NCBI GenBank assembly: GCA_019704295.1
Contig: AP024596.1
Span: forward strand, 1,216,001-1,280,000
Reading direction: 5' to 3'
From: Sulfolobales archaeon HS-7
GTDB lineage: Archaea; Thermoproteota; Thermoprotei_A; Sulfolobales; Sulfolobaceae
Length of the DNA stretch: 64,000 nt
The translations under genes and the position numbers were made by a program. This document shows positions 20,636-31,945 of the stretch, piece by piece. The notes below the pieces were generated by a model, which did not search any database, was not told where the DNA came from, and worked only from the letters and a program-made list of their open reading frames with translations. How positions within the stretch are numbered: position 1 is the stretch's first letter; each line of letters starts with the position of its first letter.

Positions 20636-21169
20636 ATGGAAGAGATTGCAATTTTAGGTGGAGGATGTTTCTGGTGTATGGAGGCTGTTTTTTCCAGGGT
20701 TGTAGGTGTTCTGTCAGTAACGCCAGGGTATGCGGGCGGTGATTTTCCAAATCCTACGTATGAGGACGTCTGTTCTGATGTAACCGGCCATGCTGAGGTA
20801 GTAAAGCTTGCGTTCGATAACTCGGTCATAAGTTATGAGGATATTCTTGATATATTCTTCGATGTTCACGATCCTACTACCCCGAACAGACAGGGTAATG
20901 ACGTGGGTTCCCAATATAGGTCCATAATTATTTACACTAGCGAACAACAAAGGAATATTGCCCTATCTAAAATTAACGATGTCGAGAGGAAATTAGGCAA
21001 AAAGGTAGTAACTGAGGTTGTTCCCTATAAGGAATTTTACGAAGCGGAGGATTACCATCATAAGTACTTTGAGAAGCACCCGAATCAACCCTACTGCAAG
21101 TTCGTAATTTCTCCGAAGGTCGAGAAGTTCATGAAGCATTATCCTCAAAAGGTAAGGATAACCGGGTGA
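20636..21169 (+). CDS. msrA: Peptide-methionine (S)-S-oxide reductase
   Basis: [31 protein letters not shown]. Confidence 0.97.
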   Translation: MEEIAILGGGCFWCMEAVFSRVVGVLSVTPGYAGGDFPNPTYEDVCSDVTGHAEVVKLAFDNSVISYEDILDIFFDVHDPTTPNRQGNDVGSQYRSIIIYTSEQQRNIALSKINDVERKLGKKVVTEVVPYKEFYEAEDYHHKYFEKHPNQPYCKFVISPKVEKFMKHYPQKVRITG

Positions 21170-21300
21170 TTTAACCCCTTTTACTTTCTGTGGGTCTAAA
21201 GGAAAATATCGTGTGATATCTCCATAGAACTCCTAAGATCATTATATTCCCTTAACTCCTTTATCATCGTCTAGTTCAAGGGGCATCCTCAAGGAGGAAA

Positions 21301-21457
21301 GGATGGTTCTGAAGTCCTTTGCAAATAGTAATTTTTAGGAATGGTGGTTAAAGCGGAGTACCTATAGGCGTGGACCCATGGTAATCGCTGTAACAATCAA
21401 TTAAATTTGTTACAATTTTCAAATAAACTGAATTCACAAAAGATACGTAAATTGTCA
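21301..21457 (+). mobile_element. MITE family A copy (diverged)
   Basis: CAATTAAATTTGTTACAATTTTCAAATAAACTGAATTCACAAAAGATACGTAAATTGTC matches the family 3' half. Confidence 0.65.
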
Positions 21458-21827
21458 GAGAAACTCGATCTATCCCCTAGATTACTAAAAGTATAAAATC
21501 CCTGTTTTTTCTATCGACCTGAAGATTATGGAGACTTGGAAGAGGCTCTGGTTATCTCAAATCTTAAGTCTAACATTCTCCAACTTCGCGTAACTATTCG
21601 AATGAGCTTGCAGGAATCGAGAATGTTAGACTACTTTCTGGTATATAGCAGAAACCATGGAATTCAGGAAAGTGTTGTTACTCCTAGGGAAATAGAGAAC
21701 TCATTAAAGCTTTTGCCCAAAGGCCACTTATTTACCCTCACATTGTTATAACGTCTGTCAGCGGATATCGATTCTCATCAGATTCTAACGTGTTGTATTT
21801 ATATACTTTAGAAACGAAGAAAGTAGT

Positions 21828-22139
21828 ATGATAAATACAAGTGGAGTTTACAAAAAGTATATATCAGAAGAAGGTTATCTACTACTGCATAATAAAGAAA
21901 AAAAGAAGGCCTACGAAATTAACCTTGGTCTAAAAACCGTCTCTTTCAGGAAAGTATTAAGGCGTTTTCCCTACAAACCTTTTAAAAACAATCGCTTTGA
22001 AAGGAAATATCAAGATCAATTAAGAAAATCTTACCATTCAAAGAAGGATAAAAGTTACGCATACTTTTCTTACCAATTGATGAGGACGTTAACGAAAATA
22101 ACGCAATCAAGATTAGGAGGGAAAACACATGTGGATTAA
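21828..22139 (+). CDS. Hypothetical basic protein (doubtful)
   Basis: 103-aa ORF overlapping the hemerythrin start; no recognisable motif. Confidence 0.3.
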   Translation: MINTSGVYKKYISEEGYLLLHNKEKKKAYEINLGLKTVSFRKVLRRFPYKPFKNNRFERKYQDQLRKSYHSKKDKSYAYFSYQLMRTLTKITQSRLGGKTHVD

Positions 22140-22551
22140 GGATCCGATATCCCTTTTGAGATTTGAACATTCGATTATCAGAGTCCGTTCCTCCTTAGCT
22201 TTGGCTTCTCTCGACTGGGAGATTGGGTGGATTATGCTCAAGGATCTATACACGTTCGTAACGGAGTGGCACGCGAAGATTGAGGATATATACGTATTCC
22301 CCTTACTAGGAGTTCAGAGCAAGCCGTTTTCTAATGACCACTTATTACTTGAGAAGTATGGAAAGTCGTGTTTAAATGAGAGGAGGAGGGACTGGGCGGA
22401 GAGATTCATAAGTATACTTATAGAACACAACATTAATGAGGAAAGGAACTTATTCCCTGACGAAATGGACGCACCCATAACCATGCAGAGAATTGTTGCA
22501 AATGCAAAGGAATATAAGGATTATTTCGCAATGACAGGACTAGAACCGTAA
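22129..22551 (+). CDS. Hemerythrin/HHE cation-binding domain protein
   Basis: EH...WHAKIED...FP...DH...EHNINEE...LFP pattern. Confidence 0.8.
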   Translation: MWIKDPISLLRFEHSIIRVRSSLALASLDWEIGWIMLKDLYTFVTEWHAKIEDIYVFPLLGVQSKPFSNDHLLLEKYGKSCLNERRRDWAERFISILIEHNINEERNLFPDEMDAPITMQRIVANAKEYKDYFAMTGLEP

Positions 22552-22582
22552 GAAAAGGTTTCGCTAAAGAGGTATTAAAGGG

Positions 22583-25513
22583 CTATTTCTTCCTATACCA
22601 GAGGAACACTATTACCACAAGTAGCACGATTCCTGTAGCGATAGAGATCACGAGTTGTAATTTTAAGGAAATTGCCAGGTTCTCGTTTATTGGCTCTTCG
22701 ACTATTACCTTCGACCCAGGTGCCAGAGTAAACGTGCCCTCGAATTCACCTTTATCGTATATCGGAATGCTGGCGTTCAATATTAAAGTACTCCCTTCGT
22801 TTAACCAAGTTCCCCTTCCATTAATGGTAACCAAGAATTGCGTTACAGTATAGACTTTTAGAACAGACGGCGAGGTGAGGGTTATGTTTTCCCAAGAAGC
22901 GTTTGTAATCACCTTGCGCGTATCATTATTCACGTAATACGTATAATTCCTTAAAATCACGTTTGAATTGTATGGGAACCAGTTTGACGTAATAATTTCG
23001 CAACTCCCATTTACGAAGGCTTTTACTGGAATGGTGGATAATACCGTTAGATATTCCTGTCTTATCACCTCAACAGTTAGATTAAAAGGTGAGTTCAGTG
23101 TAAAACTCCTTGGAGAGATTTCGGTTATTACATATCTTGTCCCGTTTTCCTTGTAAATGGTTACGTTTTCGATCACGAATGAGGTATTCGCATTATACCA
23201 CCCGCTGGTAACCGATTCGTTAGTGCCGTTTACCTCACCGAAAACCGGAATTGGCGAGGAAACGTTCAAGTAAAACTGAGTGATCCAATTTCCGTTTATC
23301 TCAATCGGTTTAACTATAGAAAAGGATAACCCTGTGTTTATATATCCTAGGATTTCCCTTTCGTCTTGCGAAATATATATCGAGTAATTGGAAATAATTA
23401 CTTTAGTGCCCTCTAAATACCAACCGCTAGTAATCTGTTCTAACGTGGAATTAACATATCCTTTAATTGGGAATAAGGAGTTTACAGAGAGGTAGTATTC
23501 GTTATAGTACAGTACATCCACCCTCTGATTAGGCCGCATAACTATTCCCCTTGAAGAATAAGCTACCCATCTCTCCTGTTCGTTAGGGGCATAGAGAATT
23601 CTCGAGTAGTTATAGTATGATCTCGCGTTAACCCAATGTAATCCTACAGGAAGTGTTGCATTACGTGAAAAGTAACAAAACGTTACGTTAGGAGTCAAAT
23701 ATCCTTTACCTCCTGTAACCGAGAACGAGAAGTTCAGGTAAAACTGCTGATAATAGGTGGCCAGTATGACAGAGGAATTCTCAATCACTCCTGCTGAGTT
23801 TAACGTAACCCATCTTTGATCTCCAGAAGTGTAATTAAGGAAAAAATACTTAGAACCAGTTGGTAGAATCAAGTGTTCACCAGGTATTATTGTCGTATTA
23901 CTACCATTGGGGAATATCAACAGGATACTTAGGTTAGAGGAAGAAATTCCGATAAATTTATCAAGAAAGGTGACGTTAACCACCTTAGGTACGAGGTATA
24001 TTCTTAATTCGGAAGTCGAATTAATTCCGGGCAATAGTGTTAAAGTTAGATATATCATGTATTCCCCGAAACTATACGATGAAGGAGGGCTAACGGAAAA
24101 ATTGAGTAATATACTCTGATTTACGTAATACGTCCCCGTCAGTCCCGATATAGGGAAGTCCTCTGGATTACTGCATGAAACCGTGACATTACCGAAGCCG
24201 TTAAGAGTCAAGTTCTCGTGGTAGAGATTACCTGGGACGAGGTAAAGGTAGTCAACGGTAGGAGATGTAGATAGTTGCGGAGCAAATACAGTGTAGTTAC
24301 TGCCCGGACTGAGAGAAGTTGAAGCTTCTCCGACTACCTTCCCATTGACCACTGAAAGGAAACCGTACCTCATTGGGTGAAGAACCAGAATAGCTTCATT
24401 ATTGAGGTAATTTAACTTTAGACCAGCGGAAATCGGATATGAGGGATTATATCCAACAACGCATCCTACGTCGTGATCCGTAACGATTCTTATAAGGGAA
24501 ACATTATCTCCGTTCCATAGTTGGGTCAATGATGAGGAATTCCCTTGTGATAGTAAAGCGGATAATTGCCCTGTTGTCACATTATAGCGACATGACACTT
24601 TTACGTTACTAACCGTTTCAGCGGTATCCACGCCAAAATTATACGTGTTAATGGGTTCTTGGAAGTTGTGACCGTTAAAATAACATATAGACAACTCGAC
24701 CTCGGAGTTACTTACGTTTGCGCATGCTCCATCATCGACTCCACCCATAACTAATTCGAGATCGTAATATAGACCGTCCGGAGTGTACTCATTACCGTTG
24801 ATTGTTATCGATATGTTGGACGATCTAGGTGCGTTACGGACGGTTACTTGATCGTAATTTATCCAACCATGCCCGTCATTGTACCAGAAGTAAATTACCG
24901 GACAGCCTTTACTGCTATTACTTACGTTCATCATCAATGAGACGGAGAACGGCTCTTTAACTCCAACAAACCCCCCAGGGTAACCTGAAGCGCTGTCGAA
25001 ATAAAAAGAAACACCTTCATTATAACATATAAGACCGTTTCCCACTACACCTCTAACTCCAGCTTTAGGAGCCGACATATTCCAGATATTATCCCAAAAC
25101 TCAATACTTCCCCCCATATTGTATTGGGAAACGTCCTGAATCCACAAGGCGTATTGCCTGTTGTCATTCCAGTACGTTAAAACAGCATTAAGTTCAAAGG
25201 AAACCGCGTTTTCCGTTGTATTGGATTTGAATTTCGAAATGGCGGAAAGGCGGTAAACCTTAACCACGCCCTTAACTTGGTCTGTTTTTACATAACATGG
25301 ACCTTTCTTTCCTATCCCTAAAAAGGAGATTCCTCTTGGCGCTAGAGAGGAATTGTAAGTGTTATGTACGTTTATCATTCCGCTATTCTTCAACCGTTCT
25401 ATAGGATGGGCTAATCCATATACCGGATTCTGAATGTTACCGTTGGTCACCAGGTAACTTGCAAATGATGTGCTCAACATCAGGACAATAAACGCGAGAC
25501 CTATATATCCCAT
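22583..25513 (-). CDS. Thermopsin-family (peptidase A5) surface protease with beta-repeat stalk and C-terminal TM anchor
   Basis: Signal peptide; ELNAVL, WIQDV, DNIWN, DLELVMGG, NFGVDTAE; repeated QFYLNVSS...GWY units; TM plus RKK. Confidence 0.9.
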   Translation of the reverse strand: MGYIGLAFIVLMLSTSFASYLVTNGNIQNPVYGLAHPIERLKNSGMINVHNTYNSSLAPRGISFLGIGKKGPCYVKTDQVKGVVKVYRLSAISKFKSNTTENAVSFELNAVLTYWNDNRQYALWIQDVSQYNMGGSIEFWDNIWNMSAPKAGVRGVVGNGLICYNEGVSFYFDSASGYPGGFVGVKEPFSVSLMMNVSNSSKGCPVIYFWYNDGHGWINYDQVTVRNAPRSSNISITINGNEYTPDGLYYDLELVMGGVDDGACANVSNSEVELSICYFNGHNFQEPINTYNFGVDTAETVSNVKVSCRYNVTTGQLSALLSQGNSSSLTQLWNGDNVSLIRIVTDHDVGCVVGYNPSYPISAGLKLNYLNNEAILVLHPMRYGFLSVVNGKVVGEASTSLSPGSNYTVFAPQLSTSPTVDYLYLVPGNLYHENLTLNGFGNVTVSCSNPEDFPISGLTGTYYVNQSILLNFSVSPPSSYSFGEYMIYLTLTLLPGINSTSELRIYLVPKVVNVTFLDKFIGISSSNLSILLIFPNGSNTTIIPGEHLILPTGSKYFFLNYTSGDQRWVTLNSAGVIENSSVILATYYQQFYLNFSFSVTGGKGYLTPNVTFCYFSRNATLPVGLHWVNARSYYNYSRILYAPNEQERWVAYSSRGIVMRPNQRVDVLYYNEYYLSVNSLFPIKGYVNSTLEQITSGWYLEGTKVIISNYSIYISQDEREILGYINTGLSFSIVKPIEINGNWITQFYLNVSSPIPVFGEVNGTNESVTSGWYNANTSFVIENVTIYKENGTRYVITEISPRSFTLNSPFNLTVEVIRQEYLTVLSTIPVKAFVNGSCEIITSNWFPYNSNVILRNYTYYVNNDTRKVITNASWENITLTSPSVLKVYTVTQFLVTINGRGTWLNEGSTLILNASIPIYDKGEFEGTFTLAPGSKVIVEEPINENLAISLKLQLVISIATGIVLLVVIVFLWYRKK

Positions 25514-26440
25514 TAATAATTATTCGTGAAGGAATATAAATTCCTTTGCAATTTTGTAATTTGTGATATAAAGTAGAGAAACTGAGACATAGTGAATGGA
25601 TTACTTCTTTTACTCTTTGTATCCCTCTTTGTCTGTAATTTGCCTTAATTGGTTATTTGAACTCCGCCGTTAACGATCGTTACTACTCTTTTTTAGGCCT
25701 GTCGGTGACTCTTAAAAAGGGGTAAACTCCTCCTCTGCGGACGAGTTTAAATATGTTATCGGAAAAGAAATGATAGAGCTTCTCTCACCTAGATGTACTT
25801 GTACTAATGTCTTCTTACCAACAAACTGAGCACCCATATTATCTGCATGAATAGAATTCTCACCCCCACTTAAGTTAACCAGTGTCCGCCTTCAGTGGAC
25901 TCAGCTACTACGTCTTCTATTTTCAAGACGAATTATTGAAGTTCTTGACGTCAAATATACATGTACATTATTCTGAATATTTTAAAAAGTAGGGAGTTTT
26001 AATACGGCTCTAGCCTTAATGTCTCCCTGTCCTCTCTATATAGAAGGAGAATTACGTTTGTTTACCTCCCTATCAGCTTGCGCTTTCATAGCGAGGTTTT
26101 CATTTAGACCGAACCTAAATACAGATAATACGGTTAGAAAATAAAAACAGTATTAAAGGATCCTGTCACAATAGTTGTTTGGTATAGATCGATGTATATT
26201 TGAGTTAAGCATTATGACAACATGCAAAGGTGTGCATTTACTTTATCTGGGGATTTTCTCTAAATTTCCCGTTAACTTAGCTCAAAACCCCTTTAAAGGG
26301 ATCGGATCTGCTACTATTTGTAAATTGACAATCAACCTATAAATTTTCAAACTCCTAAGGTATACGCTCGACTCAACGTTAATAGGAATTTTTGACATAT
26401 TATAGAAAAAACTTTTAACGTAGAGCTATATTCAAAGTGT

Positions 26441-27049
26441 ATGATTGTCGAGGTTAGAAACGGGAAATTGTTGATGGATGGAATTGAAGTTGGCGAGGTG
26501 AAACACAGCATGTCGCTGGACAAACCGCTAGTTGTTACGAACATAGGCATAGAGCTCAAGAGGCAGGGGTTTGGTGTCTACTCTGTATTGAAGAACGATT
26601 CTGAAATAGGAACGCTACAAGGAAGGGATCTGAAGCTATCGTATAATGGAAATGAATACAGTCTTAGTAAATTCGATCCCCGTGAGGCAGTTAGAGGAAA
26701 CTACGAAACTGAAATACTTTTAAACGGCCTTCAGATAGCTAAGGCATCGATTACAACGGGGGATGTAAGGATAGAGGGGGACATTCCGGATAGGGACGTT
26801 GCGGCAATATATGCATCCCTCATGTACCGATACGCCACGGTTACTAACTACAGGGTGGAGAGGAGGAATATAAGGAATCGTTTTAGAGTACCCATTGTCA
26901 TAGCTAATATTGGGATTCTCCTATTAGCTGGATTCCTACCTGGTCAATACTCAGTTCTCGTAGCCCTTATAGGGATTGTAGTCCTTGATCTAGCGATATA
27001 CCTCATATTGCGAAGCAAAAGAAGAACAACAGAGTATTACAGTTCTTAA
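26441..27049 (+). CDS. Hypothetical protein, beta-rich N-terminal domain with two C-terminal TM helices
   Basis: Intact ORF with TATA-like AAAAACTTTTAA upstream; hydrophobic hairpin near the C-terminus. Confidence 0.65.
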   Translation: MIVEVRNGKLLMDGIEVGEVKHSMSLDKPLVVTNIGIELKRQGFGVYSVLKNDSEIGTLQGRDLKLSYNGNEYSLSKFDPREAVRGNYETEILLNGLQIAKASITTGDVRIEGDIPDRDVAAIYASLMYRYATVTNYRVERRNIRNRFRVPIVIANIGILLLAGFLPGQYSVLVALIGIVVLDLAIYLILRSKRRTTEYYSS

Positions 27050-27443
27050 CACTTTAAAGGACAGAATTTCTCTCCTAAGCATCATTCTTTGAAAAGGAGG
27101 TAAGATACATTAATCTTTAGATTCCACGGAGAGTAAATCCCTGATTGCCCTCTAGACAACGCTAAATTAGAGTTTACTATTCATAGTAAGTTACGTATTA
27201 AGGCTTAGATCCTTATCTGATAGGTGCGTAAGTTCTAAACATTTTTCACCAAAAATGATATACGCCTTAAATACCTTTAACTATCTTTGAAAAATATCCT
27301 GAGAAGCTCTCCCCCTAACTTGGGGAATACTAACATTTTGTCCATACTTTGAAGTAGAAAGCTAAAAATAAAGTATACTTCCCAGATTCATCAGGACTTT
27401 CCAGACACAAGAAAGCGTGATTACTTCGGACGTAAGTTAATCG

Positions 27444-27857
27444 CTACTGCGTAAAGTCCCTTATGTGGACTACAAAAGGTAATTCCTTCACTTTTCTGAG
27501 TAGTTTTTCATCGGCTGTATATACCTTATCCTTCAAGATTTTCCCTAATGCTATGTATGTAGCGTCGTATATCGTTATGCCGTACTCGGAAGAAAGTGAA
27601 ATACTCTCTCCAAGTATATCATCAAATCCGTAAAGCGAAATCTGAAAGTTCGATAAAATTTTCCCTACTTCCTCTAATTCCCTCTTTCCTAAATTATAAG
27701 TGTACTTAAGTCCGTTTAAAACCTCAAAGGGGAGAATACAAGGTGCTGATAAGTCCTCTAATCCCCTAACATAAGCTTCCTTCAAGATCAGCGATTCTTT
27801 ACTGTAATTTTCATTGGCAAACCACTTTATTACAACCGAAGCATCTACAACTGCCAA
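27444..27857 (-). CDS. vapC: VapC PIN-domain toxin
   Basis: VVDAS, FEV, TIYDATYIAL, YTAD. Confidence 0.9.
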   Translation of the reverse strand: MAVVDASVVIKWFANENYSKESLILKEAYVRGLEDLSAPCILPFEVLNGLKYTYNLGKRELEEVGKILSNFQISLYGFDDILGESISLSSEYGITIYDATYIALGKILKDKVYTADEKLLRKVKELPFVVHIRDFTQ

Positions 27858-28105
27858 TTCCTTTCACGCCATTCCCTAATAACGTCTCCTGAATTCTTAC
27901 CGCCGTAGTTTAAAAAGAACTGATAAGATCTAACAGAAGCTTCAGAGATTTTCTTGTAGTCCTTTCCTCCTTTTTTCCCTTTTCTCTCTTCCTCCTCTAT
28001 TACCTCCTCTATTTTCCTCCTTATTACCTCGCTCCAGTTTATGTAACTTAATTCGTCCATTTTCCTCTTTAGCTTCACGTCTATCCGTATACTAATTACC
28101 GGCAT
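27845..28105 (-). CDS. vapB: VapB-type antitoxin (RHH)
   Basis: MPVISIRID...INWSEVIRR; overlaps vapC; likely start MPV rather than the track start at 28129. Confidence 0.82.
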   Translation of the reverse strand: MPVISIRIDVKLKRKMDELSYINWSEVIRRKIEEVIEEEERKGKKGGKDYKKISEASVRSYQFFLNYGGKNSGDVIREWRERNWQL

Positions 28106-28492
28106 ATAGATGAAGTACGAGCCGTACATTATAAGATTTACGCTAACGTAATAAGTGTACTAACAATTTGACTTCCAGTGTTTTCTCATAGCGGTCGTAA
28201 CTATCAGAGCAAGTTGTTTCGATCTGACGTCTTCCTGCCATAGAATAATACCCTTTCAGAGAGTTGATCGTTCCCTTCTCAATTCGAGGTTACATCTCTG
28301 GGGCAGTAGAGGGCGTCAGAACTTCCCCCATCTGAAAAGAGGAGGAGATTTTGATTAACCCATGATAATTTCCAATGTGTAATTAACAGAATAACTAAAT
28401 AAACTAAAAGGTTACAAAACACATTTATCTAGAATTAAATCCATTTAATTATAAGCAGAGAAGTAATATAAAATAAGCTTATTTATGGTAAA

Positions 28493-28652
28493 GGCCGTTT
28501 ATGTGTTAATTCCGAATTCACTTTATTTACAAAAATAAAATGAATTTAATTGAATGAACTCATAAGGACTAGTTAGAGGTTCGCATTTACAATTTCCTTT
28601 ATTTGATCCCTATTTGCAACGATTACAGTTTGTCATGTAAACCCGAATTCCC
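28493..28652 (-). mobile_element. MITE family A copy (reverse)
   Basis: GAATTCACTTTATTT...GAATTTAATTGAAT...ATTACAGTT is the reverse complement of the family core. Confidence 0.65.
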
Positions 28653-28992
28653 TATCACATTGAAAAATCAGAACCTATTCGATTTACCAGGGAGATATTC
28701 ATGAAGTTCGAGAATAGTAAAGTATAAGCTTAGTGACACTTAATGATAAATCTTTAGCTAAGAACCGGAGGTAGAGACAGCATCTAATATAGGTATGAGT
28801 TATTAACACTAAGAAGTTCTCTAGATATAGGACCTAATTTATTCTGTTAAACACTTTATTACATTTAAGACTAATTTGTAACTAAATAATAATATTTTTA
28901 GCTAAAATTACTATTTTAAAATAGTTGATAAGTTAGTTTAATTACTATTATTACAAGAAATATTTTATACCCATAAGGAATACAGTTATTAA

Positions 28993-29538
28993 TTGAAGAT
29001 TTTTAAGCGTAAAATAGAATATACATCTATGAGTAACTCATTAGAGAGATATGCAGAGTTCCTTGAGGATTATGCAAGATATTTACTTAGTAATAAACCT
29101 GTTATTGATATTTCCTTATCTCCACAGGAACTAATTGATGAGGCTTCTAGGATTAAAGCTAAACTAAAAGTAAGGTCAGAAAAAGGTAGAATTATAATAA
29201 ATCTAAATGAAGGGGAAGCTGTCTATTTTACAAAATTCTTGGGAGAGATCGTATTTTCCTTTGATAAGCTTTATAGACCTTTAAAGATAGAAATCGAGAT
29301 AAAAGAACGTATTCATGAGTCCATTTTTAATGAAAGTCAAAAGAAATGTAAGTCAATAAAATATGACAACGGTTTTATTGAAGTGTTTTTAGCAAAAGGT
29401 GATGCGGAACATTGGGCGCACATTGAGGGGGAGATCGTATTTTCCTTTGATAAGCTTTATAGACCATTAAAGATAGAAATGGAGATAAAAGATTTAATGG
29501 ATAATGAGAAAGTATTAAAAAGTGCTGATCTTATCTGA
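28993..29538 (+). CDS. Putative antitoxin with two tandem DUF2283-like units (likely start 29029, MSNSLE)
   Basis: Internal repeat GEIVFSFDKLYRPLKIE[IM]EIK occurs twice; IKYD...IEVFL...IVFSFD...KIE resembles DUF2283. Confidence 0.5.
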   Translation: MKIFKRKIEYTSMSNSLERYAEFLEDYARYLLSNKPVIDISLSPQELIDEASRIKAKLKVRSEKGRIIINLNEGEAVYFTKFLGEIVFSFDKLYRPLKIEIEIKERIHESIFNESQKKCKSIKYDNGFIEVFLAKGDAEHWAHIEGEIVFSFDKLYRPLKIEMEIKDLMDNEKVLKSADLI

Positions 29539-29815
29539 CCATGCTAAAAAACATTTAGAAGATATTAAGCGGTATTTAAGTAAATTTAATGATCCAATAG
29601 ATCCTTTAAGTAATGAAGTATTTCCATTTTTAGAAAGAATAAAAGGAATTCCTCAAACTCCTAATTTACGCTTAGGCGAATCAGAAAGATGGAGGATAGT
29701 TATTCACTTTAGATCTTGTGCGAAAATAAGATACGTGATAGCTAAAAGGAGGAGTGAGTTAATTTTAGTAACAGTACATCCAGATCCAGATACTCAAAAC
29801 TATATAGAAATGTGA
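29522..29815 (+). CDS. Putative RelE-fold (DUF4258-like) toxin
   Basis: N-terminal LSDHAKKH and C-terminal IRYVIAK...LILVTVH; 97 aa; overlaps the upstream gene. Confidence 0.55.
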   Translation: MLILSDHAKKHLEDIKRYLSKFNDPIDPLSNEVFPFLERIKGIPQTPNLRLGESERWRIVIHFRSCAKIRYVIAKRRSELILVTVHPDPDTQNYIEM

Positions 29816-29976
29816 TGTCAAGATAGAATTATCTAACCTAAATAGTCCCATACCAATAATTTCTTATTTATTATTCAAATATCTTCTTTACTTTCTTGTC
29901 TTCGATATGAATCTAGAATATCTTTACCTTTATATATTTATACTTAATCGAAAATAACTTTTCTTAACAAGAATCT

Positions 29977-30050
29977 GGGGCGATTCATGTCTACATTGCG
30001 AATTCACTTTATTTTATTAGTTTAAAATTAACTAATTCATTGCAGGTTGG
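29977..30050 (-). mobile_element. MITE family A partial copy (reverse)
   Basis: GGGCGATTCATGTCTACATTGCGAATTCACTTTATTTT terminal motif. Confidence 0.6.
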
Positions 30051-30389
30051 TAATACTAAATAAGGGACGAGCCGGAAATAATACCATGGAACAACCTGAA
30101 TTACCAAGTATAACCGAATACGGATTTTACTTTCCAGCTCGTCCCACCTTCCGCAGGACGCATTATTAAACAAATTGGTCGTAGAGATCGAGAGGAAAGC
30201 CCTTGAGGAAGCGGAGGAGATGAGTCCAAAGTAGGGGAAAATGGGTTGAGGGGAAGAGTCTCTAGTTTCTGCATCCTCAAGGGCTTCGTGCTCTTGATGA
30301 AGGGTAGGAGGAAGATCTACGGCATTCTACTTAAGCGTGAAACTATCTGTCTTGTACAAGGAGGGCAAGGGGATCAAGACGCGCGTAGA

Positions 30390-30740
30390 GGCGCCTTACG
30401 CTTCGCCTCTAATACAGCTATGGGAACAGCAGGTCCAGAAAGTTACATACATAAACGTCCCAGTCCTTGACCTTCCTGGGCAACTTGGACCTATTTACGA
30501 CTAAACCATTATAAGGACTTGCTATTCTCGTCCCTGCTACGTATTTTTCCCAAGGAAGACCTTAGCGTATAACACACTTCCCTCTTCCTAGCAATACCCA
30601 TAGCCTCTCGAACTCTTCCTCTCCGAACCTCCACTTCCCGCCCTAAGTACTACTGGTTTAACCTCCCCTTCTTTACGTACTCCCTAAACTCGGTATACGA
30701 TATTCCCAGACGCCGTCAACTTCCTTAGGTCTTAGCATTG
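30390..30740 (-). mobile_element. IS110-family 3' remnant
   Basis: ACGCTTCGCCTCTAA...AGCTATGG...AGTCCTTGAC shared with the 46316-46440 end of the larger IS110 remnant. Confidence 0.6.
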
Positions 30741-30815
30741 CGTGGGATATATGATGAAACAACATAAACTCTACGGTCTAAGGGGACTGCTGACAACGAC
30801 AGAATATTTAAGTAC

Positions 30816-31301
30816 TTGAAGGTAGAGATATCTCTTGTGGAAGAGCTTATTAGGAGAGCTGAAGAAAAAGGGATTGATGTTGAGGGATTACTCATCTCTG
30901 CTTTGTCAAATAAAGACCCTCAGAACGAGATTAAACTTAGGCTCGAGTTGGCTGAAAAATATATGAAAAGTGCAGAGGAGTACTTAAAGCAAGGTGATCC
31001 AGTTCAGGCTTCAGAAAAGGCATATAAAGTAGCTGAAGAAGTCGTTAAGGCCTTAGCCGAAAAGTTTGACTTACCGGAATACCAACAAGCAATCAAAGAA
31101 GGTAGGTGGTACACTTATCTTCTAGCTAAAGCTTCTAACGCCCTAGCAATTAAGTTGGGGAAATGGGCGCTAGACGGTTGGGATAGCGGCTATGTAATTC
31201 ACGTCTGGGGGTTTCATGAAGCAAAGCTCACAGTTGACGACATCACTTCATACGTTGAGAGAGTTAGAGAGATGTTAGAAGAATCTAAAAAGATACTATA
31301 G
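30816..31301 (+). CDS. PaREP1-family (HEPN-like) protein
   Basis: GDPVQASEKAYKVAEE...LHVWGFHE-type motifs (here IHVWGFHE). Confidence 0.9.
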   Translation: MKVEISLVEELIRRAEEKGIDVEGLLISALSNKDPQNEIKLRLELAEKYMKSAEEYLKQGDPVQASEKAYKVAEEVVKALAEKFDLPEYQQAIKEGRWYTYLLAKASNALAIKLGKWALDGWDSGYVIHVWGFHEAKLTVDDITSYVERVREMLEESKKIL

Positions 31302-31945
31302 AGTTAACCTTACAATTTTATGTTCTTTTGCTAATTACTTCAAAAGGGAAGGATATTACTATTAGTTAGATCTAATTTTTACATAAGCTTCACTACTGTT
31401 TCTATCATTAATATTAGGGGTCAGCTAGGACTTTAACACATGGTAAATTTATTGAAAAGTCGTGACAGTTAGATTTACCCTAAACACTTACCTATCTGCT
31501 TACTCCATTCATGTTAACGGGGGGATTCAAAGAAGGCCGAGGACCCGTGATAATGTCCAATTGATATTAAATGTTATTTACTTTATTAAAAATTTTAGGA
31601 TATAAGAATAATCCACCCCACACCTATCAATCATGACAATAACAGGGTGTTACGAGAGATAAAACTCCTTGTTGACTTTCTTTGAACTAAAAATATTTAG
31701 CGTTACCTGCTGCAAATCTTTAACTCGTCTGACCAAAAACATTTTTAACAATAATATTGTATATTATATTTAGATAGTTCTTTTTATGTTCAATAAATTT
31801 TCTCTATATTATTTCTGACTTATAATTGAATTCAGGACATATTTTAAAACTTTGTTAGTTTATTCAGTTATTCATAAATTACACATTAAACATTCTCGCT
31901 CGACCCTAGTAAATGTTCTTAAACTAATACTAATTGAGTAGAGCG

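Noticed and set aside
21536-21751. 71-aa ORF
   Set aside because: TTG start, no motif, lies in decayed-looking DNA next to a MITE
30086-30470. Coding-like fragment and 74-aa ORF
   Set aside because: Broken frames running into the IS110 remnant; probably a degraded transposase but the family could not be identified
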